Below, in pieces: positions 41,030 to 51,794 of a stretch of 64,000 nucleotides of DNA (positions are counted from its first letter, which is position 1; each line of letters starts with the position of its first letter). Under the pieces are notes generated by a model. The model did no database searches. It was not told where the DNA came from and was given only the letters and a program-made list of their open reading frames with translations. The translations under genes and the position numbers were made by a program. Location of the stretch: assembly GCA_013265495.1 (NCBI GenBank), contig MU058000.1, positions 2,790,001-2,854,000 of the forward strand. The letters run 5' to 3'. Source of the DNA: Vicugna vicugna. Taxonomy: Eukaryota.

Positions 41030-41702
41030 GCAGAGCAAGAAGGCAGCCAGTCTCGTTAGGGCTGAGGGAGCATACCCATGGGAGGGAAAATCTTTGACGA
41101 ACCATTCCCCATAGTTGAAAGTTCTACCATGTTGAGGAGGTCATGGCTTTGGCTCAGTGAATGAAGTTTACTGAGGTGCCACAGGCAGGGACTTGTGACA
41201 GTGAAGCCGTTTGTCGGGGTGTTGCCAAAACTCACTGGATAATAGACTTCTGGGATGCCAAGACTAGCTTAGAAAGTTATCTACTCAGGGTCCAGTGATA
41301 CTTGCTAGAGAGTTTCCTGCTGGGTGCTGGCAGCAACCACTGGAGGGTATGTGGCATTAGGTCTCATGTATACCATTGGCCAAGAATTGGCTACTGGCCT
41401 CCAAGGCATAGAAGCAAGAAGAAATACCCAAACCAAAAAGAGGAGCTCCTTCCCCTTGTTATTTTCCCTGATGGCCCTCTGCTGAAAAGCCCCAAATATG
41501 CTGTGGATAAAATTTGTAGAAACAACAGTTTTTAAAGCAGTTATGTGATTTGTCTAAGGTTTTCCAAAACATCTCTGCTGAAAAGACCTAATATTTTGCC
41601 AAATGGCAAAGGAGAAATATTTACAAAGTCCACCTCCACTATCACAAGGCAGATCTGAGAGAGGTGGATTTGAACTGAGAAGCAATAATTTTATAACTAG
41701 CA
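41030..41702 (-). mobile_element. Ancient ERVL-class LTR fragment (host of a templated insertion)
   Basis: tggcaaaggagaaatatttacaaagtccacctccactatcacaaggcag...gtggatttgaactgagaagcaataatt..ataactagca matches a recalled ancient LTR terminus. The exact subfamily is uncertain. Confidence 0.55.
41487..41570 (+). repeat. 84 bp dispersed direct duplicate of 38244-38327
   Basis: aagccccaaatatgctgtggataaaatttgtagaaacaacagtttttaaagcagtt(a/t)tgtgatttgtctaaggttttccaaaac is identical in both places except for one base. Confidence 0.95.
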
Positions 41703-41805
41703 TGAATGCTAAGTTTCTTTTTGTTTTGGATAAAAAGATATACTTTCTGATTATCTATAGGAAGTGATAAAAATACTCTAAAGTGTGTTAAAATTTTAAA
41801 TATAA

Positions 41806-44800
41806 GGCTTCTGGTTTCAGCTCTGAATTTTAAAGAGCTTGAGAAATGTCACTTCTGTACTTAGAAGAAGAAAAATCTAGAAAAACTGGAAATTGTGACA
41901 TTTCAGAGACTTACTAGAGAACTGAGGCCACAGGGCAAACTACCACTCTGAAGTCTGGAAAGACAAGCACATCTAAGGAGACATGGTCTGTATTTGCTTC
42001 CCTGGAACAGAAGCCACTGGAGCTATAAACTAGTAGGAAACTTAGATGACATTTGGGATGAGGACTCCTATGTGAAACACTCTTGGGGACTGCAGTCTTC
42101 AGTAGAGGGATGGGCCATGGGCATATTTGTTTGTTTGTTTGTTTGTTTTTACTGTAGGAACGCTGCCAGTTTCTCATGGTGAAAATCCAAGAAAATTCTC
42201 TCCATGGCTTCAGCAGGGAGAGGGGGAAGTGGTTCTAGTAATATCCAGAACCTTCTATCTAAGAAGAATTACTCTCCAGTGGAAAAATTACCAGAGCTGG
42301 GGGGGAAGGATAATTTAAACCCAGAGACAGAAATTCTAAGAAAGAATAAAAAGAAATACTGGCAATTAATAAAACAGTAACAGAAGTAAATCAAGTCCTC
42401 AACAGTCTTATCTTTAGATTCAACATAGATTTGGTCAACCTGAAGCTAGCTTAGTAGAAACTTTCAGAAATAAATTCAAAGTGAAAAAATAATGTGAAAA
42501 AATCAGAAAATAGCACTGATGAATTGTGGAGCAATTTCAAAAAGTGTACCATATACAACTGGAATATCAGAAAGAGAAGAAAGAATAGATCTGAAGAAAT
42601 ATTTGGTGTAACAATGACCAAAGCTCTATCAAATGAATGACAGACAGCAAACTACAGATCCAGGTAACTCAAAGAACTCACTCAAAGAATACCAAAAAAT
42701 AAACCATATGGTATTCAAACCACAGAGTCAAAGATAAAGAATATCTTGAAAAAAATCAGAGGAATAGAACAATGTACTTACAGAGAAACAAGAATAAGTA
42801 CAGAAACCTTTTCCTTAAAAACTATGCAAGGAAGAAGATAATGAAAAGAAATATACAAAAAATTGAAAGAAAAAAATAGGCTTCTATGTGTGGTGAAAGT
42901 ATGCCTCAAAAGTAAAAGAGAAGTAAAAACTTTCTCAGATAAATTAAGTGTGATGAAATTCATCAGCAGCAAAACTGTCCTGCAAAAAAGGTTAAAAAAG
43001 AAGTTCTTCAGGAAGAACAAAATGATATAAGTCAGAAACATGGATCTGCATGAAGAAAGGTAGGGTGCCAAAGAAGAAATAAATGAATATACATTACGAA
43101 GTATAATTTTCCTATTCTGAACTTATTTGAAAAATGATTATTTGTTTAAAGCACTAATATTAATAATGTACTCTGTGTAGTAACATATGGATATGTGGAA
43201 TGAATGCCAACAATGTCACAAGGGGGAGAAGAAAGAAACGGAAAATATTCTAAGATACTTGCACTAAGCACAAAGCAATGTCGTGTCATTAGACATTAGG
43301 CACAGGTCAGTTTGGGTATTGTAAATGCTAGGACAACCGTTAAAACCACTGAAAAGATAGGTAAAGTTCACATCCTAAGAGAGGAGATACAATAAAATCA
43401 TATAAATGCACAATTAAAGTTAAAATCAGAGAAGGCAGAAAAAGAAGGGAAAAATAAACAAAGAACAACTGCAATGAATAAAACACCACTAAAATACATT
43501 AGATATTAATAATACTATATCAATAATCATTTTAACTGTGAATAGTATATTTGCATGAACTAAAAAATGGAGATTGACAGAGTGGATTAAAAAACCAAGA
43601 TCCAACTATATGTTGTCTTGAAGACATCTCTTTTAAATATAGTCAGATAACTTAATAAGAAAAGGATGGAGAACTATTTTAAGAACGCTCAAATAAAGTA
43701 GATATAGCTACATTAATTTCAGACAAAGATGACTTCTGGATAAGAAAGATTATTAGGAATAAAGAAGAATATAAGAACATGCTAAACAAACAGAACAAAG
43801 AGGAAGCCTTAATGTATGTACATTTAAAAAATCATTTAGATCGGGATACCCAAGGATAGAGTGCAGACTGTGGCAGAAGAATAAAATTGCATTACAAATA
43901 TACAAAACAACCTTACTGAAAGGTAAGTAGGAGGAATTTTCTAACCTTAGTGACTTTGGAAATGAAGGAAGACTAAAGGCAAAAAGAACGATGGAGCTGA
44001 GCTTAAGAACTGCACTCCAATTGACAAAGTTTTTTCCCGTGGAGGTGAAAGGGAACAATTCTGAAACCACTCTACCTGTGTACTAGAATTAAACATTTAA
44101 GTGAAAGAATGACGTGTGGTGGGAGGCAGGCTTCTCACTGCTGGAGTGGGGGTTTACATAGAAGCAAGGGGAGAGGCTAGAATGAGCCATGTGGTAGGGG
44201 GTTGCAGTTGGACACATATTATGAACTCACGTTCAGCTTAATACAGACACAGATGGATAGAGGTAGAGGTCGTAGACACACGTATATCTCCCTACTCCCT
44301 CACCTGAGAAGGCTTAGAAGCAGTGACACCTGAGTAACAATGAGCATAACTAGCACCAGAACTTGGTTTCTAATACCACTTAAAAAACAAAACACTATTC
44401 TCACCAAAACAGCTGATTCTAGAACAAGGGTAGGGTATATACGAGAGCATGGAGCATCTTATAGCACCAGAAAAGAAGTATGTGGTCAAAAGTACAATGA
44501 TGGGAGGCTGTCAAAGGGACATAAGCTCTAGCAGACAAAGCTTCCAATGACCAAGGCTAGAACAATCGGACAAACCAGATGACATAATATTGAACAACAA
44601 CCCAAGGTATAAAATAAATACCCATGAGTCCATACTGATTTGAATATTTGAATAAACAAATAAAATGGAGGGGAAAAGATAAATCTCCCATGGAGAAAAT
44701 TTGAAATAATTTTTGTAGATAATCCTCTCCCAAGGAAGTGGAACATGACTCCCTATTATTAAGTGTAGTGTGTAGGCACTTCTCTGCAGTGAAGTCTGGA

Positions 44801-45338
44801 AAGGAGGGGAAAAGGTAACCATGGTGGAAAAATCTAATATGGCCTTAGCCAGATGGATACTAAATATGGATACCAAATACCATTGGTACGTTATTGGTGT
44901 GATATGATGAGAATGGCGTTTTATCTCTGTAGTCTTCCTCCCCAAAACCTCAGTCGAGTAATGAGAAAAGCGTTAGGCAAATTTTGAGACAATCTATGAA
45001 ATCTGTGAAGTGCCTAACCAGTGTTTTTCTAGACTGTCAAGGTTATCAGAAGCAAAGAATATCTGAGAAACTGTCACAGTCACGAGACGCTTAAGGAAAT
45101 CTAATGATTAAATGCAACGTGGTATCCTGAATGGGACCCAAGAGCAGAAAAAAGACATTAGGTAAACTCTAAGGGTATCTGAATAAGGTAAGGACTTTTG
45201 TTAATAATAATGTGCTAATATCAGTTCATTAATTATGACAAATGTCCCATGTGAATTCAAGATGTTAAAAATTGAGGACCTTGACAATATTTTTGTAAAT
45301 TTCAATCTTCTCTAAAATAAAAATGTATTAACTAAAAA
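41806..45338 (+). mobile_element. Ancient L1M (L1MD-like) element: 5' end, ORF1 remnant, ORF2 endonuclease start, then 3' UTR
   Basis: The decayed ORF2 N-terminus at ~43518-43770 translates as ISIIILTVNS..RLTEWIKK/QDPTICCLE..VDIATLISDKDDF..IIRNKEEY, matching L1 endonuclease motifs. The long 3' UTR ends ctaaaataaaaatgtatt. Confidence 0.8.
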
Positions 45339-46225
45339 TTCCCTATCAAATCTTGATAAATAGTAATAAGATATATATGTTCTAATATATGCAGAATTGG
45401 AGTCAAGGAAATACTGAACATGGAATACTGGATAAGGCTAAAAAACTTCCTTTCAGATAGAGATGAAAATAAAATTTAAGTGCTACATGTCAAAAATCCC
45501 TGGAGGGTGTCCAAAGTTATTCTCAGAAGGAAGTTTGTAACCTTAGAATTCATTTTGTGAAACAACAATAGAACATCAAACTGTATGAAAATAAGTGATA
45601 GCATTGAATGCTTGTGAGAGTTTGTGCAAATGTCCACTTTTAAATATTGTTCGTTGTAATATACCTTGCTACAATATTGCAAATGTCTACTAATGTCTAT
45701 TAAAACGTGAATGTAATTTGACCAAATAATTTTATTTAAAGAATATATGGTTCACAAAATATATATATATATATACTGATTTATGAACAGAAATATGAAA
45801 TGCAGAACTTTCATAGCAAAAGTACTGTAAACAAGCTAAATGTCCTCTAATATCGAGCTTAGTTGCGGTGCCTTCAGATTTAGTGATATTATATAGCAAG
45901 AATAAAATAAGCTAGTCCTATGTTTATTGATGTGTAAAGGTTTTTATAATATGTTGTTTAAAGGAAGAAGCAAGTTTCAGAGTAATTTTTTTAAATGATA
46001 CCTTCTCTGGCTAAGAACAAAAGAGAAAAAGGGGAGCGAGAAATAGACAGAAGAAAGATAAGACCGTCCTTATATAGAGATGTATTTTATGAGTATATAA
46101 AAGGTGAAATGATAGAAAAAATTAAAATTGGAAGAGGAGAGACTATTATTTGTATAAATATATAAATAAAGCAAATAGTATTGCCAACAAAATTCTTTTA
46201 ATACTGTAAAAACATTTGTACATAT

Positions 46226-46400
46226 ATTTTTATTGAAGTGTAGTTAGTTTACAATGTTGTCAATTTCTGGTATACAGCACAATGCTTCAGTCATACATGA
46301 ACATACATATATTCATTTTCATATTCTTTTTTCACCATAAGTTACTACAAAATATTGAATATACTTCCCTGTACTATACAATATAAACTTGTTGTTTATT
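46226..46400 (-). mobile_element. 5'-truncated lineage-specific L1 3' end
   Basis: ttttttattgaagtgtagttagtttacaatgttgtcaatttctggtatacagcacaatgcttcagtcatac matches the antisense L1 3' end. Confidence 0.85.
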
Positions 46401-48314
46401 TTAGATTTATTTTCATCTTAAGAAGGTAGAAAAAGAGAAAATAAATCAAGTAGAACTGATGTATGAATTATGGTAAAAGAAGAAATTAGTGGAATAGGAG
46501 GTCAACTCTGCTCATTCTCAATTATATTCAGAAAAGTTAAATATGAAAACCATGTATATCTGTATATACAATGTATATTTTGAAAAAATTAGAGAGATTT
46601 AAAACAAATGTGGAGATATTTTATCTATATAATTGGAGTGATGGATACACTGCTGTCTATTTTTATTATTTTCTTTGCTTGCTTATATATTTAACATTAC
46701 ATAATTAAAATGTTTTAAAGTTTAATACTTTTTGACAAGAGGAATACAGTTATAGATATTTTTTCTGTTTGTTTAAAGTTTTAAGTTACATAAGCAAGTA
46801 AAACACAATTTTTTTTAGGTTTATCAAGTTTCTGGAGTAACTACCATATACACTCAAAAGACATATATTTAAAACAGTGGTTCTAAGGACAATTTGATGA
46901 TATATAACAAATTGTATACAAAAAGGCATATAACCAATCAAGTAAGTCTTCTTTTAGAAATATGTACTAAACAAATAATTATGAATGGTTACAAGCATTA
47001 AATTTTATTGTGTTCAATGCAATTTTGAATGTAATGATAAAAACTAAAATAAAATCTGCAAATAAACCTTATAGGATTAGTTAAATGAACCATACTCCAA
47101 TAATTAAAATTAATAGCCATGAAGTAATTCTACCGTATAGAACAACAATTAAAAGTATAGAAAAAATTATGGTATATTTGATTTTTAAATATCAGATTAG
47201 AAACCAATCTGTATTATATCATCTTATAAATTTATATCATCATACAATACACATTTTAAACTATTTCTCTTTGTCTCTATCTCCTCTCTCTCTATTCCTA
47301 TAAAAGACATGTCTATGAAAATTTCAAATTCCTAGTTTCTTATTTGGAGGAAATTAAATTAAAAGGTATATAATTTTTTGCCCACATTTATTTGTAAACA
47401 CTTTCCAAAAGTTAAATATTTTCTTTATTTTTTTAATTAAATATTTTCTTTATGATGAGAAAAGTTAAATACATAAAACAGCATCTTCGTTATCTTACAT
47501 GAAACATAAAATGTTACAAGCAATGAAAACAAATATACAGCTCAGGGTACAGCCCAGGAACTCAGTGTCCAAACAGTACAAATGAGATTAACTTTATTCT
47601 AGCTTCTCTCAAATCTCCACCTGTTAGCAACTCTTTCAAAAAAAAAATATATATATATAGTTCTTTTCCAAACAAGAGTTGCTGAGCTATGGAAGACAGC
47701 GTCATGTAATGAAGCTAAATGAATCCGCTGAAAATACCTTCTCTCTCCACTCAGTGCTTCTTGGTAACCCTTTTATTTACTCTTGGTTGAATCCCTATAC
47801 ATGTTCCCAGAGGAGCTATTCCAAAACATACTCAATTTACTCAAGCCCCTGAATTCACCCCTGCCTCCCTCATTCTCATCAAATGACGCTGTCATCTATT
47901 TTACTGAGATTAAGCCTGGCAGGTTTGAACTTCCTAACCCTCTGTAGCCAGCAACTGGAGGGGAATAAAGAGACACATGGGAGAAAATGAAAGTAAGGGT
48001 AATACGTTCGAGCACAATGCTTAATATATTAAACTGATATTTACTCTATCCACTTCTCACCTCTATTTTCCAGCTGCTAATCTTTCATCATTTCCTGCTC
48101 CGCTCTCTTTTTGCTTTATATTTAAAACTCCTCCGGCCCCAAACTTCAAAAGTAAAGAAAGTCATTATAGAAAAATCCTTTGAAAATTAGTGTGAAGTCG
48201 AATCAAATGAATCATTACAAGAGTACAGAAGTGGCTTACAGGATGCATGTTTGCTTTAGAGAAGACAACCATGTTGTCTAAATATCCACGATCATGGTGA
48301 TGGTGGTGGTGAAG

Positions 48315-48486
48315 ACAAGCCCTGCTTTTTGATTATTTTAATCCTCTCAACGTCACAATGAGATGGCATGGTGATTACTCTCACAGTACAAAAGAAGAAA
48401 CTGAGATGGTATTTTCTTATTTACTTGCTCAAAGTGATAGGATTGCCAAGTGATAGAATGCAGATTCAAACTCAGTTCTGTCTGAC
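48315..48486 (-). mobile_element. MIR SINE, interrupted by an LTR
   Basis: tttaatcctctcaac...acaaaagaagaaactgag...acttgctcaaag...gattcaaactcagttctgtctgac is the antisense MIR core. Confidence 0.7.
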
Positions 48487-49040
48487 TGAAAGAGTAAGAA
48501 ACTAGCAAAATGGCTTCCTTTTGATGCTAAAGGAGTTTGCTGATCCATCATGACCTAAAATTCTTGCAACATTTTTTCTCTTTTCTCTGACAAAACCCCA
48601 TCTCTGCTTCACTTGCTCAACTGTGTTTGTGCTAAACAGCCCCCAACCTGTCCATTACACTCTCCATACCCTCTACGTGCTTCACCCAGAATGGCTCATC
48701 CTTTAACCCAGAAGTCATGCTCCAAGAAGGTGGTCATGGGCTGAGAGCTTCAGAAGAATGAACAGACCCTCTGGAGTTTCTCTGTGATGCCAGGTGGATT
48801 CATCAAGATTAAGAAGAATTCAGCACCTCAGAAAACGTCCTGATTGTTTTCGCCTTTCTATTCCATCCAGGTTTTCCTACAAAACCTCAGAACACCAACC
48901 CGAGGATAGGTTCCCAGTCTCTGAGGCATCACCCTGCTGTGACTCCCCTTTGCCTGGCAAAGCAATAAAGCTATGCTTTTCTAATTCCCCAAAACTCTGC
49001 CTCCAAGTGTCAATTTGGCTATTGGAGTACAAAGGCTGGT
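48487..49040 (+). mobile_element. ERV1-type solo LTR
   Basis: It starts tgaaagag directly after the MIR ...tctgac. It contains cccctttgcctggcaaagcAATAAAgcta...ccccaaaactctgcctcc, an LTR R/U5-like end. Confidence 0.65.
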
Positions 49041-50369
49041 TCCAAAAGCTTACAAGTTCACTATTATGCTCTTTTGAGTCATTAATCACATAGTCACACC
49101 TAAAATTTGATTAAAGCCCTATCTGAACATAATAGAGTAAGGAAATCTACTTGTCCTAGCTGAAAAAAAAAATCAGTTGTACAACATAACAGTAGAAAAG
49201 ATATTTAATGAAAGGATGGATGGTGAGGAAAAATTCCCAGGATTGCAGAGGGAAATGTCTGCATGGATCTACAAATAAAAGGAAAAGATGAGAAAGAAAG
49301 AAAATGTGTTTTTAAACTACTGAGCAAATGTGCTGGAGCTGCATTTTAGTTAGAGCATTTTCTACATCTTTGTTACGTTCTTTGCTTTAATGGTCTTCCT
49401 CATGCTCCGTATTACTCTTGTGCTTACAGATCTGGAATTTCTAGTATCCATTATCCTGAGTTTTGGGTAATATCATCCTTGTGTGTGTTGTAAATCATAA
49501 ATCTTAATTTATGTTACAAGGTGTATTTGTCTATATGTTTTGAAGAAATCAAAGCCAGAAACCTGCATCTAAATGGGTTATGCATTTCTTATTAAGAGCA
49601 GATTTAAAGTCTGTTAAATAATATTTGACATATGTCATTGCTCTCAGTGTTGAACATGCTGTCAATTAGCTTAAAAATCCCATGGACTCCAGCTTATGGC
49701 TTCCTATTGTGAAATGTCCATTTCTCCCTCAAGCAGGTTGTTCTCTTTAACCAGCACTTACTGTGTTTTGACTTAAAATTTTTATATACATAACTTTAGT
49801 CATGTTTCCTGAATTAAAATTATAAATACCAGATCTTTTTACTTGCTTTCATTGAAACTCCTTATAAATTCCTGTTTATTCACTTTGATGTTTGGCAAGT
49901 TCTCTGAATTCCTTTCATCTGTTGTTAAAATGATGAATAGAGTACTGGAATAAGATTCAGAAGTCTTGGGTTCTAGTGCATTTTGCCACCAAGTAGCTGT
50001 ATTTACTTTTATCAATTTCTTCACTTCTCTGGGACTGAATTTCTTTGTGTCTGAAGAGGTATTGTACTGAATGGGTTGTAGCAATTTGATTACCATATAC
50101 TAGAATATGATTGGCATTTCTATTTCTCAGGAAAGGAAGACTAGACTCTGAATTAAGACTCATCCTAGGCATTTTCTCTCCAAGAAAGCCCCATCTGGGC
50201 TTTGTCTCCCTAGCCTGTGCTTCCAAATCTCTTTAGCCCTTAACACATTTTTTGAATGATCGATTTATGTTGCTCTCGCACTAAAGAGCAAGTTTCCCAA
50301 AAAACCACAAGGCTGTCTCACCCACCCACCTCTACATAATCCTCAGCATGAAGCATCATATTTGGATGT

Positions 50370-50735
50370 CGTTGACTCTATTTCTTCCCTTGTGAAATTA
50401 CTTGACTCCCAATCCATGCAGTTCTGAGAGGCTGTCACTCAAGGGTCCCCATCTACATGATCAGACTCTTTCTTTTCATCATCTGAATTTCAAGATGTGG
50501 TTATGAAGACAGCAGGACCTGCCACCCAAAGGAGACACGCTACAGACCTGTCTCTGAGATCATGCTCTTAGAATTCAGACTCTGCCTACAATCCTGGTGT
50601 CCACTTCTTGAATCTTAGTCACTTAGTTCTTCCTTTGATTCTGTGAAGAACTACGTGTGCTTATAATAAACTTGTCCTTTTTTTCTTAGATTAAACACAC
50701 CAGGTTTCTGTTGCTTGTACACAAAGAAAACTATT
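50370..50735 (+). mobile_element. Old ERVL/MaLR LTR fragment
   Basis: The 3' end aataaacttgtcctttttt..ttaa...ggtttctgttgcttgtac.caaagaa is typical of MLT1K/LTR33-type LTR ends. Confidence 0.5.
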
Positions 50736-51253
50736 TGATTTCCTAGTACAGCCAGATCCAGGTTTTTGGGAGCCTGAAGCTTATAAAATTTTGGAGTCAC
50801 ATTTTAAGAAAAAGAGCAAAAGTTGTGAATATAAAATTAGACAGAAAACTGTACATAGAGTGTATATATGTGCGTGTATATATATATGCAAATTTTAAAC
50901 TTACACATTTTAGAAAGCTGACAAATAACACAAAAAATCTAAATAAGTCACTCACTGCTTTTGCTTATGATTTTTTCCTGAAATATTTCTTTAATATTTC
51001 TTTTTATATACATTTTTGGCTGTATATCTATTTGATGAATTCTTCTTATGATAATAACTTTAATATCCATCTACTGTGAGAATATAAAGATAATTCAGTT
51101 TCTATATGTCATGGTTGATTGAATTTTTAAATTATTATCTTTGATTATGTAAACAAGTTTTTTTTCAGTTCCCCACTGTTTAGTAGTATCACATATATTT
51201 TCGCACTGTCAATTTGGGGATTTAATTGACTTCAGAGAATTTAAGGGGAATGA

Positions 51254-51278
51254 GTGTGTGTGTGTGTGTGTGTGTGTG
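51254..51278. repeat. (TG)n microsatellite
   Basis: Seen directly. Confidence 0.95.
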
Positions 51279-51641
51279 CTCACAAAATCTAAGTTCTCTT
51301 TGACCTTCTACTACATATCAGCAGTTTTGTATCAAATCAGCATAGTCCTGGTATATTATGAATTTTATCTTAGTTTTTGTTGATATTAGTAGTTTTTGGT
51401 AAAATTTGCAAAATAATTAAAGCTTTCATATAATAATTTCCTCTTTAGTAAGTAGATTATCAACAATCAAAAAACCTGTTTATTACTTTTATTTCAAACT
51501 CATCCCTTGCTCATAATAAATTATTGCTTTGGGTAAAATATAAAACATATTGGTTATGATTTCATTCTCAGTATCAGAATCATGTCTGTTGACTTCATCA
51601 CTCATATTTATGACATATTTCATATTCCACTCACTTTATTT

Positions 51642-51794
51642 TTTTTCTTTCTTTTTTCTTGAAGTATAGTCAATTTACAATGTTATGTTAATTTCTGGTA
51701 TATGGCATAGTGACTCAGTTATACATATATATACTTCTTTTCATATTCTTTTTTATTATAGACTATTACAAGGTATTGAATATAATTCCCTGTC
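51642..51794 (-). mobile_element. 5'-truncated L1 3' end with degenerate TSD
   Basis: The TSD tattccactcactttattt (51623-51641) / tattccattcagtttattt (51795-51813) has 2 mismatches. The insert contains ttgaagtatagtcaatttacaatg. Confidence 0.85.
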
